Shown: positions 8,460 to 18,906 of the stretch, piece by piece | Layout of the letters: every line of letters begins with the position of its first letter | Numbering within the stretch: position 1 is the first letter of the stretch | Program-made: the position numbers and the translations under genes | The notes under the pieces: generated by a model | Databases searched by the model: none | What the model was told of the DNA's origin: nothing | Seen by the model: the letters and a program-made list of their open reading frames with translations, nothing else | Virus record (IMG/VR): IMGVR_UViG_3300021963_005683 | Span: 6,078 to 70,077 of that record | Length of the DNA: 64,000 bases | Reading direction: 5' to 3' (one strand) | Source: a virus

Positions 8460-9280
8460 TAAATTTCTTTTATTTCTATTTTAATTTTGGGAGTATATCC
8501 TTTGGGTAAGTCGGTTTTAATTCCTTTAAACTCTTTAACCTTATCTTTAAAGTATGTAATTTCTAATATTCTATCAGTCAAATTCATTACAGTTTGAGAT
8601 GATGTAGACATTTCTTCAGTATCTCTTTTCATATTTAACATAGGTCTTTTTGGAAAAAATTCTTTTCTCATTGCCAATGCTATTTCTTTCCAATCTTCTA
8701 CTTTATCAACCGATTTCTCTGCTGATATTTTTCTCAATTGTGAACTTAGATACTTCTCACCGCTTGTATATCCGGCATCGGTGAATATATGTCCGTGATT
8801 TGTACGAACAACGGGTGATTCGGAGTTTTGAATTTTAACATCAGGCTTATGCTTTGATGTAGTTTCAATACTAACCATATGTTTTGGAGATGCTACAAAT
8901 GTATGTCCTTTCAAAGCTAATCCACTCTTGCCCTTATATGATAGTGTAGCTCTTACTGCATCTACTAAGGTAGGTTGTTTGATAATGTTTCTCATCTTAT
9001 CACCATCAGGTCCTGGCTTACCACCCTTTTTTACAATCTTATGTTCGGCTTCATCATGTCCAACCAATAGTGCTGAATTTACAACACCAATTCCGTTTTC
9101 ATTTAAACCTTCACTCCAATCGGTAGTTATATCATGCAAATATGCAACTTCTACACCATCAATGATAGTGTGAATAATTTCTAAAGATGGATTATAAGCT
9201 CTATCTCTATTCTTAGCTAGAATGAACTTATCATTAACCTCTTTGGATACAATAATACATTCTTGCAGAATCTTAGCCAT
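8459..9280 (-). CDS. Ntn-hydrolase (Cys nucleophile; peptidase C45/NRDE-like)
   Basis: Cys8 followed by IIV...AKNRDR, EGLNENGI and RTNHG. Confidence 0.65.
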   Translation of the reverse strand: MAKILQECIIVSKEVNDKFILAKNRDRAYNPSLEIIHTIIDGVEVAYLHDITTDWSEGLNENGIGVVNSALLVGHDEAEHKIVKKGGKPGPDGDKMRNIIKQPTLVDAVRATLSYKGKSGLALKGHTFVASPKHMVSIETTSKHKPDVKIQNSESPVVRTNHGHIFTDAGYTSGEKYLSSQLRKISAEKSVDKVEDWKEIALAMRKEFFPKRPMLNMKRDTEEMSTSSQTVMNLTDRILEITYFKDKVKEFKGIKTDLPKGYTPKIKIEIKEI

Positions 9281-9590
9281 TTAATATTTGCTTCTTTGTT
9301 TTTGGAAGTGCTTTTTCTAACTTATCATTCTCTTTTGTAAGGAACTCAACTTTAACACCTAATGCTGCCACTTCTTTTGTAAGTTCTAACACCATATTAC
9401 GAAGTTCATCTTTCTCTTTTGAACTATTTTCTAACAATGCTTCCAATTTAGATATTCGGTCTTTACAATCGTGTCTAACAAAATCATCATCCCTCTCTTT
9501 ATTTAGTGCTCTCTTTTCGTAATATCTCCAAGCTCCTGTCCCACCTAATACGGTTATTGCCGTAATTAATACTGAATACAAATTTTCCAT
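9273..9590 (-). CDS. Single-TM coiled-coil protein (holin-like)
   Basis: N-terminal TM helix followed by heptad repeats. Confidence 0.45.
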   Translation of the reverse strand: MENLYSVLITAITVLGGTGAWRYYEKRALNKERDDDFVRHDCKDRISKLEALLENSSKEKDELRNMVLELTKEVAALGVKVEFLTKENDKLEKALPKTKKQILNG

Positions 9591-9592
9591 AG

Positions 9593-10171
9593 TTACTTTA
9601 TTGAATGGTCTTTTTTAATGTTAGAAAGTGATTGTAATGCATTTTTTAATCTATCACTATGTAATTTCTTTTGTTCTGGCGATTTAGTTGCAGATATTTT
9701 ATCTCTTAACACTTTAATTCTATCATTAAGATTTTGAATTTTTTCTCCAGGTGATTTAGCTGGTTCTTCTTTTAATGGTTCTATTTTACCATCATCACCA
9801 TCCATTGCATCGTGTACAGAGTTTAAATTTTCTAATGCTACTGTAAGTTGAGAATACATCCACGAATCTAATTCCTGTCCTGCCTGCATTCTTTGTAAAA
9901 TCATATTAGAATAATCGGCAATTCTTTCCAAATTACCCATTGCCATTTCTTTTAATCCTGCCAATGTTTCTTCTGGTGAAGAATTATCATCATTTTCACC
10001 CATTCTGTGTTTAAGTAATTCAGTCATTTTATTGAATACTTGCTCTCCACCACTTTCCCCTAAACGATATGCTCCGCCTAATTTTTCATAAACTTTAATC
10101 TTATGCGTCATTGGAATATTCTTCTCGTTTACAGCTTTCCAAGCTTTTGGGTTGGTTACTTCAAATTTCAT
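9593..10171 (-). CDS. Hypothetical protein, putative virion-internal
   Basis: Several hydrophobic-x-E sites (VNE, LGE, MGE, LKE); late-type motif upstream. Confidence 0.55.
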   Translation of the reverse strand: MKFEVTNPKAWKAVNEKNIPMTHKIKVYEKLGGAYRLGESGGEQVFNKMTELLKHRMGENDDNSSPEETLAGLKEMAMGNLERIADYSNMILQRMQAGQELDSWMYSQLTVALENLNSVHDAMDGDDGKIEPLKEEPAKSPGEKIQNLNDRIKVLRDKISATKSPEQKKLHSDRLKNALQSLSNIKKDHSIK

Positions 10172-10220
10172 ATTTTTTTTTATATTTTATATACTATCAT
10201 AAATATAAATTTTTATTTAA

Positions 10221-11123
10221 TTACAATAGATTATTTATTTCTTCTTGAAATACAATATATGATTTTTGTTTAAATTCTTCTTTTCTATCAATTCTGCTTA
10301 TCAAAGAATCATAATGCTTTCTATCTCTATATATATAATTTTCACAAACAATATAATTTTTCAATTTAAATTGATATATATTTTCACCTTTTTGGTTTAA
10401 TTTTTCAATTCCCCACATTAAAAATGTATCATCTGGCCCGTATGCCCCCATTGATTCAGGTAAAGGTATTCTATCCAATAATGGTTTTGATAAAAGTGTA
10501 AACCACCCTGCACCAAATTTAGTTTTAGGTTGTCCTACAACATTATTAAGTACAGTTTCTAATTCTACATCTCCAACCTCACCACTTTCAGAAAATGGAT
10601 TATTTGTTTTGCAATAATCTAATGGTTTATCTAAATAATTAGAATTAACTAAACAATCCCAAGTTGTATCCCAATATTTAACAATTTCTGGTGTAATAAA
10701 ATATTTATCAATATGTTTATCAGTTTCATTTAATCTATCAATACTTGCTTCCATATAGTACAATATTTTATCATCAAAACAAATATCTGTATCTAACCAA
10801 ATAAAATGAGTTGCATCGGTAATTTCTTTATGTGCATATCTTTTACATTGAAATGCTCCCATAACTTCTTCTCTAATTTGCATTACAGAACTACCTGCCC
10901 AATTAGTCAATGGCTTTAATGAATTGAATCTATCTATAAAAAATTGTTTATCAACTTTAGATGTACTCCAATCTATTAAATAATCGGATACCGAAAGTGA
11001 GATATAAAATGAGTAATTTTCTCCTTTAATATATTTAGATGCTTTATTTAAATCTACTAATACCCTTTCCAAATCATCCAACTCATGTGGCATGATAAAT
11101 GATGTAATAACTATTTTTTTCAT
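10221..11123 (-). CDS. Glycosyltransferase-like protein (GT-A)
   Basis: WLDTD DxD motif; GAGWF and YGPDD motifs. Confidence 0.6.
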   Translation of the reverse strand: MKKIVITSFIMPHELDDLERVLVDLNKASKYIKGENYSFYISLSVSDYLIDWSTSKVDKQFFIDRFNSLKPLTNWAGSSVMQIREEVMGAFQCKRYAHKEITDATHFIWLDTDICFDDKILYYMEASIDRLNETDKHIDKYFITPEIVKYWDTTWDCLVNSNYLDKPLDYCKTNNPFSESGEVGDVELETVLNNVVGQPKTKFGAGWFTLLSKPLLDRIPLPESMGAYGPDDTFLMWGIEKLNQKGENIYQFKLKNYIVCENYIYRDRKHYDSLISRIDRKEEFKQKSYIVFQEEINNLL

Positions 11124-11911
11124 TTATATTTGTTTTCTATTAATTGTTTAAGTTCTTCGTTTCTATCGTATTGATGGACTAATGTATATAGTTCATCTTT
11201 TTCATTTTTAACTTCACTACCATCTATTTTTGGTAATATTTCAGTATAAGGTAGTGTATCACCTTTCTTTAATTTCAAATGTAATTGAGCCGCAAATCCT
11301 TCTTGTTGTTTTACAAATTGAACTTTATCTTTGAATTGATTCAGATGTATAATAATATTATATGCAGCTTGGTCTGCTAATTGTTCTGGATTAGAAGTAG
11401 TTAAACTCCATCTATAAATATCAATAAACAAATCCCTAATTGCTTCTTTCTTTCCAACAATAGTGCCAGCGCAATATATTTCTTCGTTTTGTAACCACTC
11501 CCATTCCATAGGAAATGATGTTCCAGCATTCAATCTTGCCCATTGTTCATCACCAAATTTCAATGATTCACTAAAAGCAAGAATATCTTTATTCATATTA
11601 GTATTTAACCATTCGGTTGGGTCTTTTTGAAATACGATATCTTTAACATCTACCCAAATAATTACATCTGTTTCATATGATTGTAAAAGTGCATACATAT
11701 CTCTAAATCTTTGTAAGATAATATGCTGCTGTGGTTCTGATTGTGTTATTAACCAACCCTTACTATCCAAATATTCAATTGTTTCTTTAGATATATCATA
11801 TACTAACATTAATTTTTCACCTTTGAATCCACTTTGTTCAATTGATTCTACAAATGGTCTTATTTGCTCTATTCCGTATTTGGTTATACAACCTACTATT
11901 GTGTATTTCAT
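11120..11911 (-). CDS. Glycosyltransferase-like protein (GT-A)
   Basis: VDVKDIVFQ.DP, CAGTIVG, ADQAAYN, VHQYDR. Confidence 0.65.
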   Translation of the reverse strand: MKYTIVGCITKYGIEQIRPFVESIEQSGFKGEKLMLVYDISKETIEYLDSKGWLITQSEPQQHIILQRFRDMYALLQSYETDVIIWVDVKDIVFQKDPTEWLNTNMNKDILAFSESLKFGDEQWARLNAGTSFPMEWEWLQNEEIYCAGTIVGKKEAIRDLFIDIYRWSLTTSNPEQLADQAAYNIIIHLNQFKDKVQFVKQQEGFAAQLHLKLKKGDTLPYTEILPKIDGSEVKNEKDELYTLVHQYDRNEELKQLIENKYK

Positions 11912-12651
11912 TATCTTCCGTATTTTTGCCAATCGTTATGTTTGAATAATCCTTCACCATGTCCAACTTTATATTCTTGCTGAACCCACCATTTTCCGAT
12001 ATTGCCTTCTAATGCAATACCATCGCCGGCGAATTGTTTAACGGTATCTAAATAAAATTGTTTTTTGTATAAGCAAGGATTGTTTGTCCAATTACCATAT
12101 CGAGAAGTAGTCCAAAACATATCTTCTGATTTTTTTATATAATCACCAAATTCAATATCAGGCTCACACCAATGAACTGAATCTAAAAGGTGAGGCGATG
12201 TTGCTCCAATCTCATCATCATAGTAAGTAAGTTCTTTACCAATATATCTAAATGAAAAATGTGGATTACCTGGATTCTTTCTATGTCTTAATCTAACTAC
12301 ATCCATTCCCATTTCAATTGCTTGATAACTTCTTTTTAATGTATCGTATGTAGTTTGTTTATCTTCAATTAAATTCCAATCATGTTCCAATACTAAAACA
12401 TAATTCGATTCGGCATTTTCAGTTAATTTTATAAATGCTTGCCCTATTCCAATATTCTTAGTTAACCCTATAAAATCTAATCCAAAATGTTTTGCTATTT
12501 GGTAATCTTGTTCATTAAATTCCTGAAACAATATAGTAGTATCGTTCACCATATCAAATAATCCATTTTGATGATATGTAGTTAAAGTATCTACTAATAC
12601 TTGTCCACTATTCCAAGCTAATATACCTATACTAATTGGTAACTTGTCCAT
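11911..12651 (-). CDS. Glycosyltransferase family 2-like
   Basis: LEHDW and WTNNPCLY motifs; cluster context. Confidence 0.6.
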   Translation of the reverse strand: MDKLPISIGILAWNSGQVLVDTLTTYHQNGLFDMVNDTTILFQEFNEQDYQIAKHFGLDFIGLTKNIGIGQAFIKLTENAESNYVLVLEHDWNLIEDKQTTYDTLKRSYQAIEMGMDVVRLRHRKNPGNPHFSFRYIGKELTYYDDEIGATSPHLLDSVHWCEPDIEFGDYIKKSEDMFWTTSRYGNWTNNPCLYKKQFYLDTVKQFAGDGIALEGNIGKWWVQQEYKVGHGEGLFKHNDWQKYGR

Positions 12652-13279
12652 TTCTTAAATAATTTATAAAGTTATTATAATCTTCTTTTTTTATTTCATC
12701 CCATTCTTTTTCATCTGAAGTTGTACTCATTTCGGTATCAACTCTAAAATTTCGTAATACTGCTTTTGGTGTAGGGTTTACATCTTTTATAATATTATCA
12801 CCATACCATATTTTAATATTATCAGGAATATCAATCCAATCCTTTTTGTTTAACATAATAAAACATCCCCATCCCCAATCGTTTACGCCAGGTTGCCATA
12901 CTTCTAAAATTGGGTCACCTTCTATGTTTAATGATTTATAATTACCCTCACCCATTCCAATGATACCAAACTGATTTAATATATCTTCAGTTATCACTTC
13001 AAATATATTTGGATTAAAATTTATATCATCATTCAATATTGCTATACAATTATTTTTAGCAATTTTAACTCCTAAATTCCAAGCAGGATTTACATAAATG
13101 TTTTCTTCTACCTGTACTAATTTAACTTTATCTAATGCTTCAAAATATTCAAAAAATTTACCGGCATTATCTATTAATATGATTTCATCTACGAATTCGC
13201 ATTCTATCAAACTAAATAATAACTTTCCAATTCTATTTGATTTCCAAAGTGTTGGTATAATTACGCTATATTTATCCAT
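12632..13279 (-). CDS. Glycosyltransferase family 2
   Basis: SVIIPT, IILIDN, AWNLG, LNDD, WYGD. Confidence 0.8.
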   Translation of the reverse strand: MDKYSVIIPTLWKSNRIGKLLFSLIECEFVDEIILIDNAGKFFEYFEALDKVKLVQVEENIYVNPAWNLGVKIAKNNCIAILNDDINFNPNIFEVITEDILNQFGIIGMGEGNYKSLNIEGDPILEVWQPGVNDWGWGCFIMLNKKDWIDIPDNIKIWYGDNIIKDVNPTPKAVLRNFRVDTEMSTTSDEKEWDEIKKEDYNNFINYLRNGQVTN

Positions 13280-13854
13280 TGTATAAATTGTTCTGATGAA
13301 ATAATATTTAACATATTCCATTTATTATTATTATAATGATAATATGATTTATAATTAGCAGATGTTTCATATGGTATATTTGTTCCTCTACGAATAATAC
13401 CACACCCATAATCAGTATTTACAACTTTAATATCTAAATCAATCCTTTCAACTCTTAATTCGGCAATTGCTTTCCATACATCTCCAGTCCATTCTCTACC
13501 GTGGTCATCTCTAGCTTGCATATCTTCGGTTGTTGGTAAACAATCGTGACAAATAATAGTTCCATTTTCTGATAAATGGTTTAATGAGTTTTCAATATCT
13601 TTTAAAACTTGGTCATCGTGATGTAATCCATCTATAAAAATAATATCATACTTCACATCTTCTGATATTGATTCAAAGTATTCATCGGATGTTCCAATAA
13701 ATGTTACTTCTCCTCTTGGAAATGGGTCTACCGATACTTTACATTCTGCATTTATTAAATCAAAATTAGATGTTGGGTCTTGTGTGCCAACTTCTAAATA
13801 AGATTTGTAACCATACTTTTGTATAAGTGCATTAATTATGTCTGTTCTTTTCAT
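13261..13854 (-). CDS. Class I SAM-dependent methyltransferase (Methyltransf_24-like)
   Basis: YLEVG, DIIFIDGLH, GTIICHD. Confidence 0.85.
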   Translation of the reverse strand: MKRTDIINALIQKYGYKSYLEVGTQDPTSNFDLINAECKVSVDPFPRGEVTFIGTSDEYFESISEDVKYDIIFIDGLHHDDQVLKDIENSLNHLSENGTIICHDCLPTTEDMQARDDHGREWTGDVWKAIAELRVERIDLDIKVVNTDYGCGIIRRGTNIPYETSANYKSYYHYNNNKWNMLNIISSEQFIQWINIA

Positions 13855-14695
13855 ATGCTGCTATTAGTTTATCTACAACTTGAATTTGAGTGTAGTTGTG
13901 TAATACTTTCATCATTCCATTATGTGCAATTCTTTCTCTCTCCTCTTCATTTTCATTGTAGTAATTCATCTTCTCTATACAATCAAACATCTCATCGTAA
14001 TATATGATATCTTCCCCATCGATAAACATTTCTGATAACCCAGTTTCATTTGATAATCTATCAGTTATAACCAATTTACCACAAGCCATTCCTTCAAAAA
14101 TTCTACGAGTAATTTCTTTCCATCTACTATTTTGAATAACCATTAATCCACTATTCAAAAATTCAGTATGCTGTTGTGCATTCAGTCCATTCCTATTTCC
14201 AACCGAACCTTCAGCCCATTCGGTTAAGTAATCTAAAAATGTAGAATTACCAATTCCTCTAGTTGTAACTGCTACATATTTTGATTCAGAATTCATAGGA
14301 AATTGAACGGCTGTATCTGCAAAGTGGTTTATCCATTCAGAATTTATACCCATTTTTATATATGCTTCCGCACATTGTTTATCAGGTGTTATTGTAAAGT
14401 GGAATCTATTTGCTTTTGGTGAATTTCTTTCAAAGTTTTGAGGGTCATCTCCACTCTCTTGTATCCAAAATGCAGGAACTAAATCTTTATTAAGATATTG
14501 TGAATCAAATCTACCCCAATCCATAAACAATACAATATCAGTTTGTGGTTTGGAATCTACCCAATTCTTTAAGTCGGCATCGTTTGTTTTGATTATTTGA
14601 GTTTCCCACCCTCTTTCTTTGAATTCATTTAAGAGTGCTAATGGCGTAGACCATTGCTCTCCATTTTTATAATCGTATATGAATGTTATTTTCAT
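13832..14695 (-). CDS. Glycosyltransferase (CgeB-like GT-B)
   Basis: RIFEGMACG.LVITD and ERERIA.NG...V...YT. Confidence 0.8.
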   Translation of the reverse strand: MKITFIYDYKNGEQWSTPLALLNEFKERGWETQIIKTNDADLKNWVDSKPQTDIVLFMDWGRFDSQYLNKDLVPAFWIQESGDDPQNFERNSPKANRFHFTITPDKQCAEAYIKMGINSEWINHFADTAVQFPMNSESKYVAVTTRGIGNSTFLDYLTEWAEGSVGNRNGLNAQQHTEFLNSGLMVIQNSRWKEITRRIFEGMACGKLVITDRLSNETGLSEMFIDGEDIIYYDEMFDCIEKMNYYNENEEERERIAHNGMMKVLHNYTQIQVVDKLIAAYEKNRHN

Positions 14696-15327
14696 TGTCT
14701 ATAATTTGTTTCGTCAAAATTAATTAGATAATGGTTTTCACCTTCTCTGTTATATGATGAATATGGTTTCCAATCTATTCCGTTTTGGATATAATCCACT
14801 TCAGCATTAAATCTATTTCGTTTTACCCCATCCATTTCTATTGTTTTCAAATAAGATGCTTTTGCCCACCAAAAATTACCAGAATATAATTTCCATTTTC
14901 CAGCTGTCCCCAATAATACTCCACATGTGTTATATGAAGTTTTTTCAAAAATTTTAAAAACATTCTTACACTTTTCAACGTTAAAGTAATTCATAAGATG
15001 TCTCCAAGTTATTACATTTTCTGAATTTTGTTTAGAAGCACCTTTCGTATGAAGATACAAAATATAATCGGAATCTCCAAATTTTTCCTTATCTTTTTCT
15101 ATTAAATCTAATGTAACAAACTCATTTGCTCTAGCTCTTACATCTTTTAAATCTGATATATTAAATAAACTAAGTATATTGATAAGTGATGTATTATCAT
15201 TTGCAATTGAAATACCTATATTTAATTTATATGGAAAATCAAAATTGGCTTTTATCAATTCCAATTGTTCTTTAACTATCGCATCAACGCCTTCTATTGC
15301 ATATATGTGATAATAAATGTGTACCAT
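14692..15327 (-). CDS. Putative glycan-modifying enzyme
   Basis: YLHTKG and YSGNFWWA motifs typical of viral GT-cluster proteins. Confidence 0.5.
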   Translation of the reverse strand: MVHIYYHIYAIEGVDAIVKEQLELIKANFDFPYKLNIGISIANDNTSLINILSLFNISDLKDVRARANEFVTLDLIEKDKEKFGDSDYILYLHTKGASKQNSENVITWRHLMNYFNVEKCKNVFKIFEKTSYNTCGVLLGTAGKWKLYSGNFWWAKASYLKTIEMDGVKRNRFNAEVDYIQNGIDWKPYSSYNREGENHYLINFDETNYRQ

Positions 15328-15953
15328 TATAAAGTATCGTAGTAGTTATTTTGCTTTTCTTGTCTTTCAATTGCTTTTGGATGGATAATACAATATAATT
15401 CTTCTATTGGAAAATTTGTATAATTCTCATATCCACCAATTCGTTCGTGTACTTTCCCATTCCATCCAATTTGCTCTGGTTTATTTTTGTAAATACGAGT
15501 CTGAACATCGGGGAAGTTTACCCAACCTTTTTCATTTACATTCCATCCCCATTTTTTAATATGTGCTTCAGTTAATCCTTCAACTGTATTAATGCGTGGA
15601 ACTACTATTAGGTCTTTATCACTATTAGCTTCTAATAATGCTTCTAAATTTACAATCAAATCAGGTGTAAGATATTCATCTGCATCCAACTGAAATATCC
15701 ACTCACCTTTACATTGTGAATTTAAAAAGTTTTTCCATTGTGCAAAATCATTATCAAATTCGGATTCAATGAGAGTAATATGGTCTGCATTTGCTTGCAA
15801 TTCCAAATACTCTACCAATTCAGTAGGAGCTTTGGGTGTATCCAATAGAACTACTATTTCAGAATTTTCTTCTTTGTAGTTTAATAACTGATTAACCAAA
15901 CGAATGGTTTCTTCGACTTCATTACAAGCCGTTATTGCGTAACTTAATTTCAT
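15327..15953 (-). CDS. Glycosyltransferase family 2
   Basis: WIFQLDADE, W.GKVHE. Confidence 0.85.
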   Translation of the reverse strand: MKLSYAITACNEVEETIRLVNQLLNYKEENSEIVVLLDTPKAPTELVEYLELQANADHITLIESEFDNDFAQWKNFLNSQCKGEWIFQLDADEYLTPDLIVNLEALLEANSDKDLIVVPRINTVEGLTEAHIKKWGWNVNEKGWVNFPDVQTRIYKNKPEQIGWNGKVHERIGGYENYTNFPIEELYCIIHPKAIERQEKQNNYYDTL

Positions 15954-16785
15954 CTATATAACTTTTTAATTTATCTGTTGGTTTCCAATTTAAACGTTCA
16001 ATCGCATCATTATTTAATCTTAATGTTTTTCGATAATTACCCTTTACATCATTTACATATTTTATATTTGGGTAACTAAACATATCAGCCAATTCATTTA
16101 ATGAGTAATTACAACCTGTTCCTAATTCCCAAGCATCTTCATGCTTTTCATCGGTTTCAGCAATTCTAATTAACCCATCAACAATATCATCTATATGTGT
16201 GAAATCTCTTCTTTGTTCACCATCGCCATGTATTAGAATTGGTTCTTCTTTTGATATAGCATTTCTCCATATACCAATAACAGCTGCCATATTACTATCT
16301 ACCAACTCACCTGGACCATATACATTATAAAATCTAGCTATCTCCGCATTCAAACTATATACCCCCTTAAACATCTTTATCCATTCTTCTCCCATATGCT
16401 TTGTTAGTGCGTATGGTGATAGCATTGGATTATGATGACGGGATGATGAACCTGCGTAAATCAATTTGGATTTATTTCGATATGCATATTCAGTAACTTG
16501 CTTTGTACCATCTACATTACAACTAAACGTTAATGTAGGATTCTGAAATGATGGTTGTATTCTACTTAATGCTGCCAAATGAAATATATAATCATATGGG
16601 GTATTTTTGATATTATCCATACTTCTAATATCTCCACCTAAAAAATTTACAAATGGTGATATTTTTGCTTCAGCTCCAATTGAAAGATTATCAATTACAT
16701 CTACTTCATACTTTCTTTTAAGCAATTCCAATGATAGTGCATATCCTACAAATCCCGCTCCTCCCGTAACTAATACTTTTTTCAT
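15922..16785 (-). CDS. NAD-dependent epimerase/dehydratase
   Basis: VTGGAGFVG, YALTK (YxxxK), RFYNVYGP, GDGEQRRDF. Confidence 0.92.
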   Translation of the reverse strand: MKKVLVTGGAGFVGYALSLELLKRKYEVDVIDNLSIGAEAKISPFVNFLGGDIRSMDNIKNTPYDYIFHLAALSRIQPSFQNPTLTFSCNVDGTKQVTEYAYRNKSKLIYAGSSSRHHNPMLSPYALTKHMGEEWIKMFKGVYSLNAEIARFYNVYGPGELVDSNMAAVIGIWRNAISKEEPILIHGDGEQRRDFTHIDDIVDGLIRIAETDEKHEDAWELGTGCNYSLNELADMFSYPNIKYVNDVKGNYRKTLRLNNDAIERLNWKPTDKLKSYIDEIKLRNNGL

Positions 16786-17162
16786 TAATCTTCGTTGTGG
16801 GGTTTATTGGTTGTATAACTAAGGGTACTACCACTTGGATACCCATACGCAGTATTTGTTACAAATTGTGGTGTTGCGTATGTAATAGAACCACCACCTG
16901 GTGTTGTTGTTATTGTTCCAGATGAACCACTACCACAATAAACTTCGTATGGTCTATGTGGATATGTGGGTGATGGTGTAATATGTGGCAATGTTTGTAT
17001 TGGTGCAGTATTTGGAACTCCAAATGGAAATCCTATTGGGGGTTCATCCTTAACCTCCGCCAATTTATCTTTTAATAAATCCCATTGCTTTGGGGTAATG
17101 TTAAATTCATGTACTCCGTCTGTAAATCCTTTTAACCAAAGGACAAATTCTTTTGATGTCAT
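16785..17162 (-). CDS. Hypothetical protein, Pro/Thr-rich C-terminus
   Basis: MT..EFV.WLKGF N-terminus; packed in the operon. Confidence 0.6.
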   Translation of the reverse strand: MTSKEFVLWLKGFTDGVHEFNITPKQWDLLKDKLAEVKDEPPIGFPFGVPNTAPIQTLPHITPSPTYPHRPYEVYCGSGSSGTITTTPGGGSITYATPQFVTNTAYGYPSGSTLSYTTNKPHNED

Positions 17163-17164
17163 TT

Positions 17165-17635
17165 TTATCTACCTTTTAATTGTGAACGTTTATCTATGCC
17201 TGTAACATTCATATTCTTTGGAGTTATCTCATTTACATCCATAGTTAACTCTATAACTTTAGTTACTCCACTTATTTTATAAGTCCTATATGCATCATTT
17301 GTAATTATAGGAACTTTTGAAACAATTTGTTCATATATTTTTTTTGCTCCACCTCTCATTTGAAGTTTTTCAGTATCTTCATTTACAAATTTACCGAAGA
17401 ACTTCTTAATTAAGTTTGGATTAACATTTGATACTTTTACACAATGTATTATATCCTTTGGTTGCGATACAAATAGTGTAAATATTATAGGAGCAGTTGT
17501 TTCTGTAAATCTGCCTTTTATACCATCCACATAAACGTATTCTTTTATTAAATAAAACTTACCTCTAGCCATTTTATTGGCACTTATTGCATTTTTATCA
17601 TCAATTGATTTACGATATATAGGATTATAATTCAT
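17165..17635 (-). CDS. Hypothetical protein
   Basis: 156-aa ORF in the operon. Confidence 0.6.
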   Translation of the reverse strand: MNYNPIYRKSIDDKNAISANKMARGKFYLIKEYVYVDGIKGRFTETTAPIIFTLFVSQPKDIIHCVKVSNVNPNLIKKFFGKFVNEDTEKLQMRGGAKKIYEQIVSKVPIITNDAYRTYKISGVTKVIELTMDVNEITPKNMNVTGIDKRSQLKGR

Positions 17636-17636
17636 A

Positions 17637-18905
17637 TTATTTATTTAATGATTTTAATTTGGGTAATTGAAGTTGTTGAAACTTTGGTTGTATCTTAGTA
17701 TAAATACCATATTGATTTAGAATACCATCGAATCCTTCTGTCATTTTTGATAAACTAAATGTTGCTAAATTATGCTTACCCAACTTAGCTGATTCGGATT
17801 TATACTTATCGTAGTTCTTATAAACATCCTTAATGATTGGTAATGCCTTTGAAACATTTATATTGAACCATTTTGCCTCTTTTAATAAGAATTGGTCTGC
17901 AGCTGATTCGTGTACTTCTTTTAACTCTCCCTCCAATAATACCGCACCTTGTTTTAAGAAATCGATATGCCCACTCCAATTAGATACAATTACAGGCTTA
18001 CCCGTCAAACTGAATTCCAATAGGGGTCTACCAAACCCTTCACCCTTTGTAAAATTCAACATTGCTTTTACTTTTTTATGTTCATATAATCCATTCATTT
18101 CGGATGGAGTTAAATCGCCATGTAAAAGATAAACCGGAACTGATTTATAGTCTTTTCCTAATACTTCTCTAATTTTTTTAATAGTAGTTTCTCTATCTAT
18201 TACGCTAAATCCTGCTGATGATGTTTTAAGAACTAATGCTGGCTTTACTTTTTCGTTTTTGAATGCCATTGCGAATGTCTTAATCATCATCCCCACATTC
18301 TTTCTATCTTCGCCTAAATCACCTCTTAACCAATGTCCTACAAATAAGAATGCAAAATCTTCTTTGATTGCATCTAATTCACTAATATGTGCAATTGTTT
18401 CAGTCCCGAAATCAAATTCATCAAATCCTTCAAAAAGAATCTCAACTGGTTTTTGAATCCTATGTTGTACTATTAATTGGCCGGTTGTTTTATCAGCTTC
18501 ATTATAAACCGTATCTACTAAACTCTTTTTTGAATGTTCTGATGGAACTATAATTAAATCCATTCTATTACAACCATGTATCCAATCTAATGGAGAATGG
18601 GTTGTTTCGATTGCTGCAGTAATACCAATGTTATAGTTACCCAATGGTTGGAATTCGTTTGGTACAGTAACCTGAATATAAATATCTGGCTTTTGTTGAA
18701 TGCTTGGTATGATATTATCTACTACCCATTTATGAAATGGTTTATCATAATTAAGAGCATCCATTGGAGTTTGTCCCCAACGAGTACTAATAACTTTGAT
18801 TTCAAATTTATCTAATTTATAAAGAGAATGTAATAAATCTCTTGCGTGGTCACCATACCCACTTCTCGTTGCTACCGGTGCTTGAAATACTAATGTTGGT
18901 TTCAT
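17637..18905 (-). CDS. Glycosyltransferase family 4 (GT-B)
   Basis: SGYG, RKNV, KGEGFGRPLLE, WSGH.DF. Confidence 0.88.
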   Translation of the reverse strand: MKPTLVFQAPVATRSGYGDHARDLLHSLYKLDKFEIKVISTRWGQTPMDALNYDKPFHKWVVDNIIPSIQQKPDIYIQVTVPNEFQPLGNYNIGITAAIETTHSPLDWIHGCNRMDLIIVPSEHSKKSLVDTVYNEADKTTGQLIVQHRIQKPVEILFEGFDEFDFGTETIAHISELDAIKEDFAFLFVGHWLRGDLGEDRKNVGMMIKTFAMAFKNEKVKPALVLKTSSAGFSVIDRETTIKKIREVLGKDYKSVPVYLLHGDLTPSEMNGLYEHKKVKAMLNFTKGEGFGRPLLEFSLTGKPVIVSNWSGHIDFLKQGAVLLEGELKEVHESAADQFLLKEAKWFNINVSKALPIIKDVYKNYDKYKSESAKLGKHNLATFSLSKMTEGFDGILNQYGIYTKIQPKFQQLQLPKLKSLNK

Positions 18906-18906
18906 A

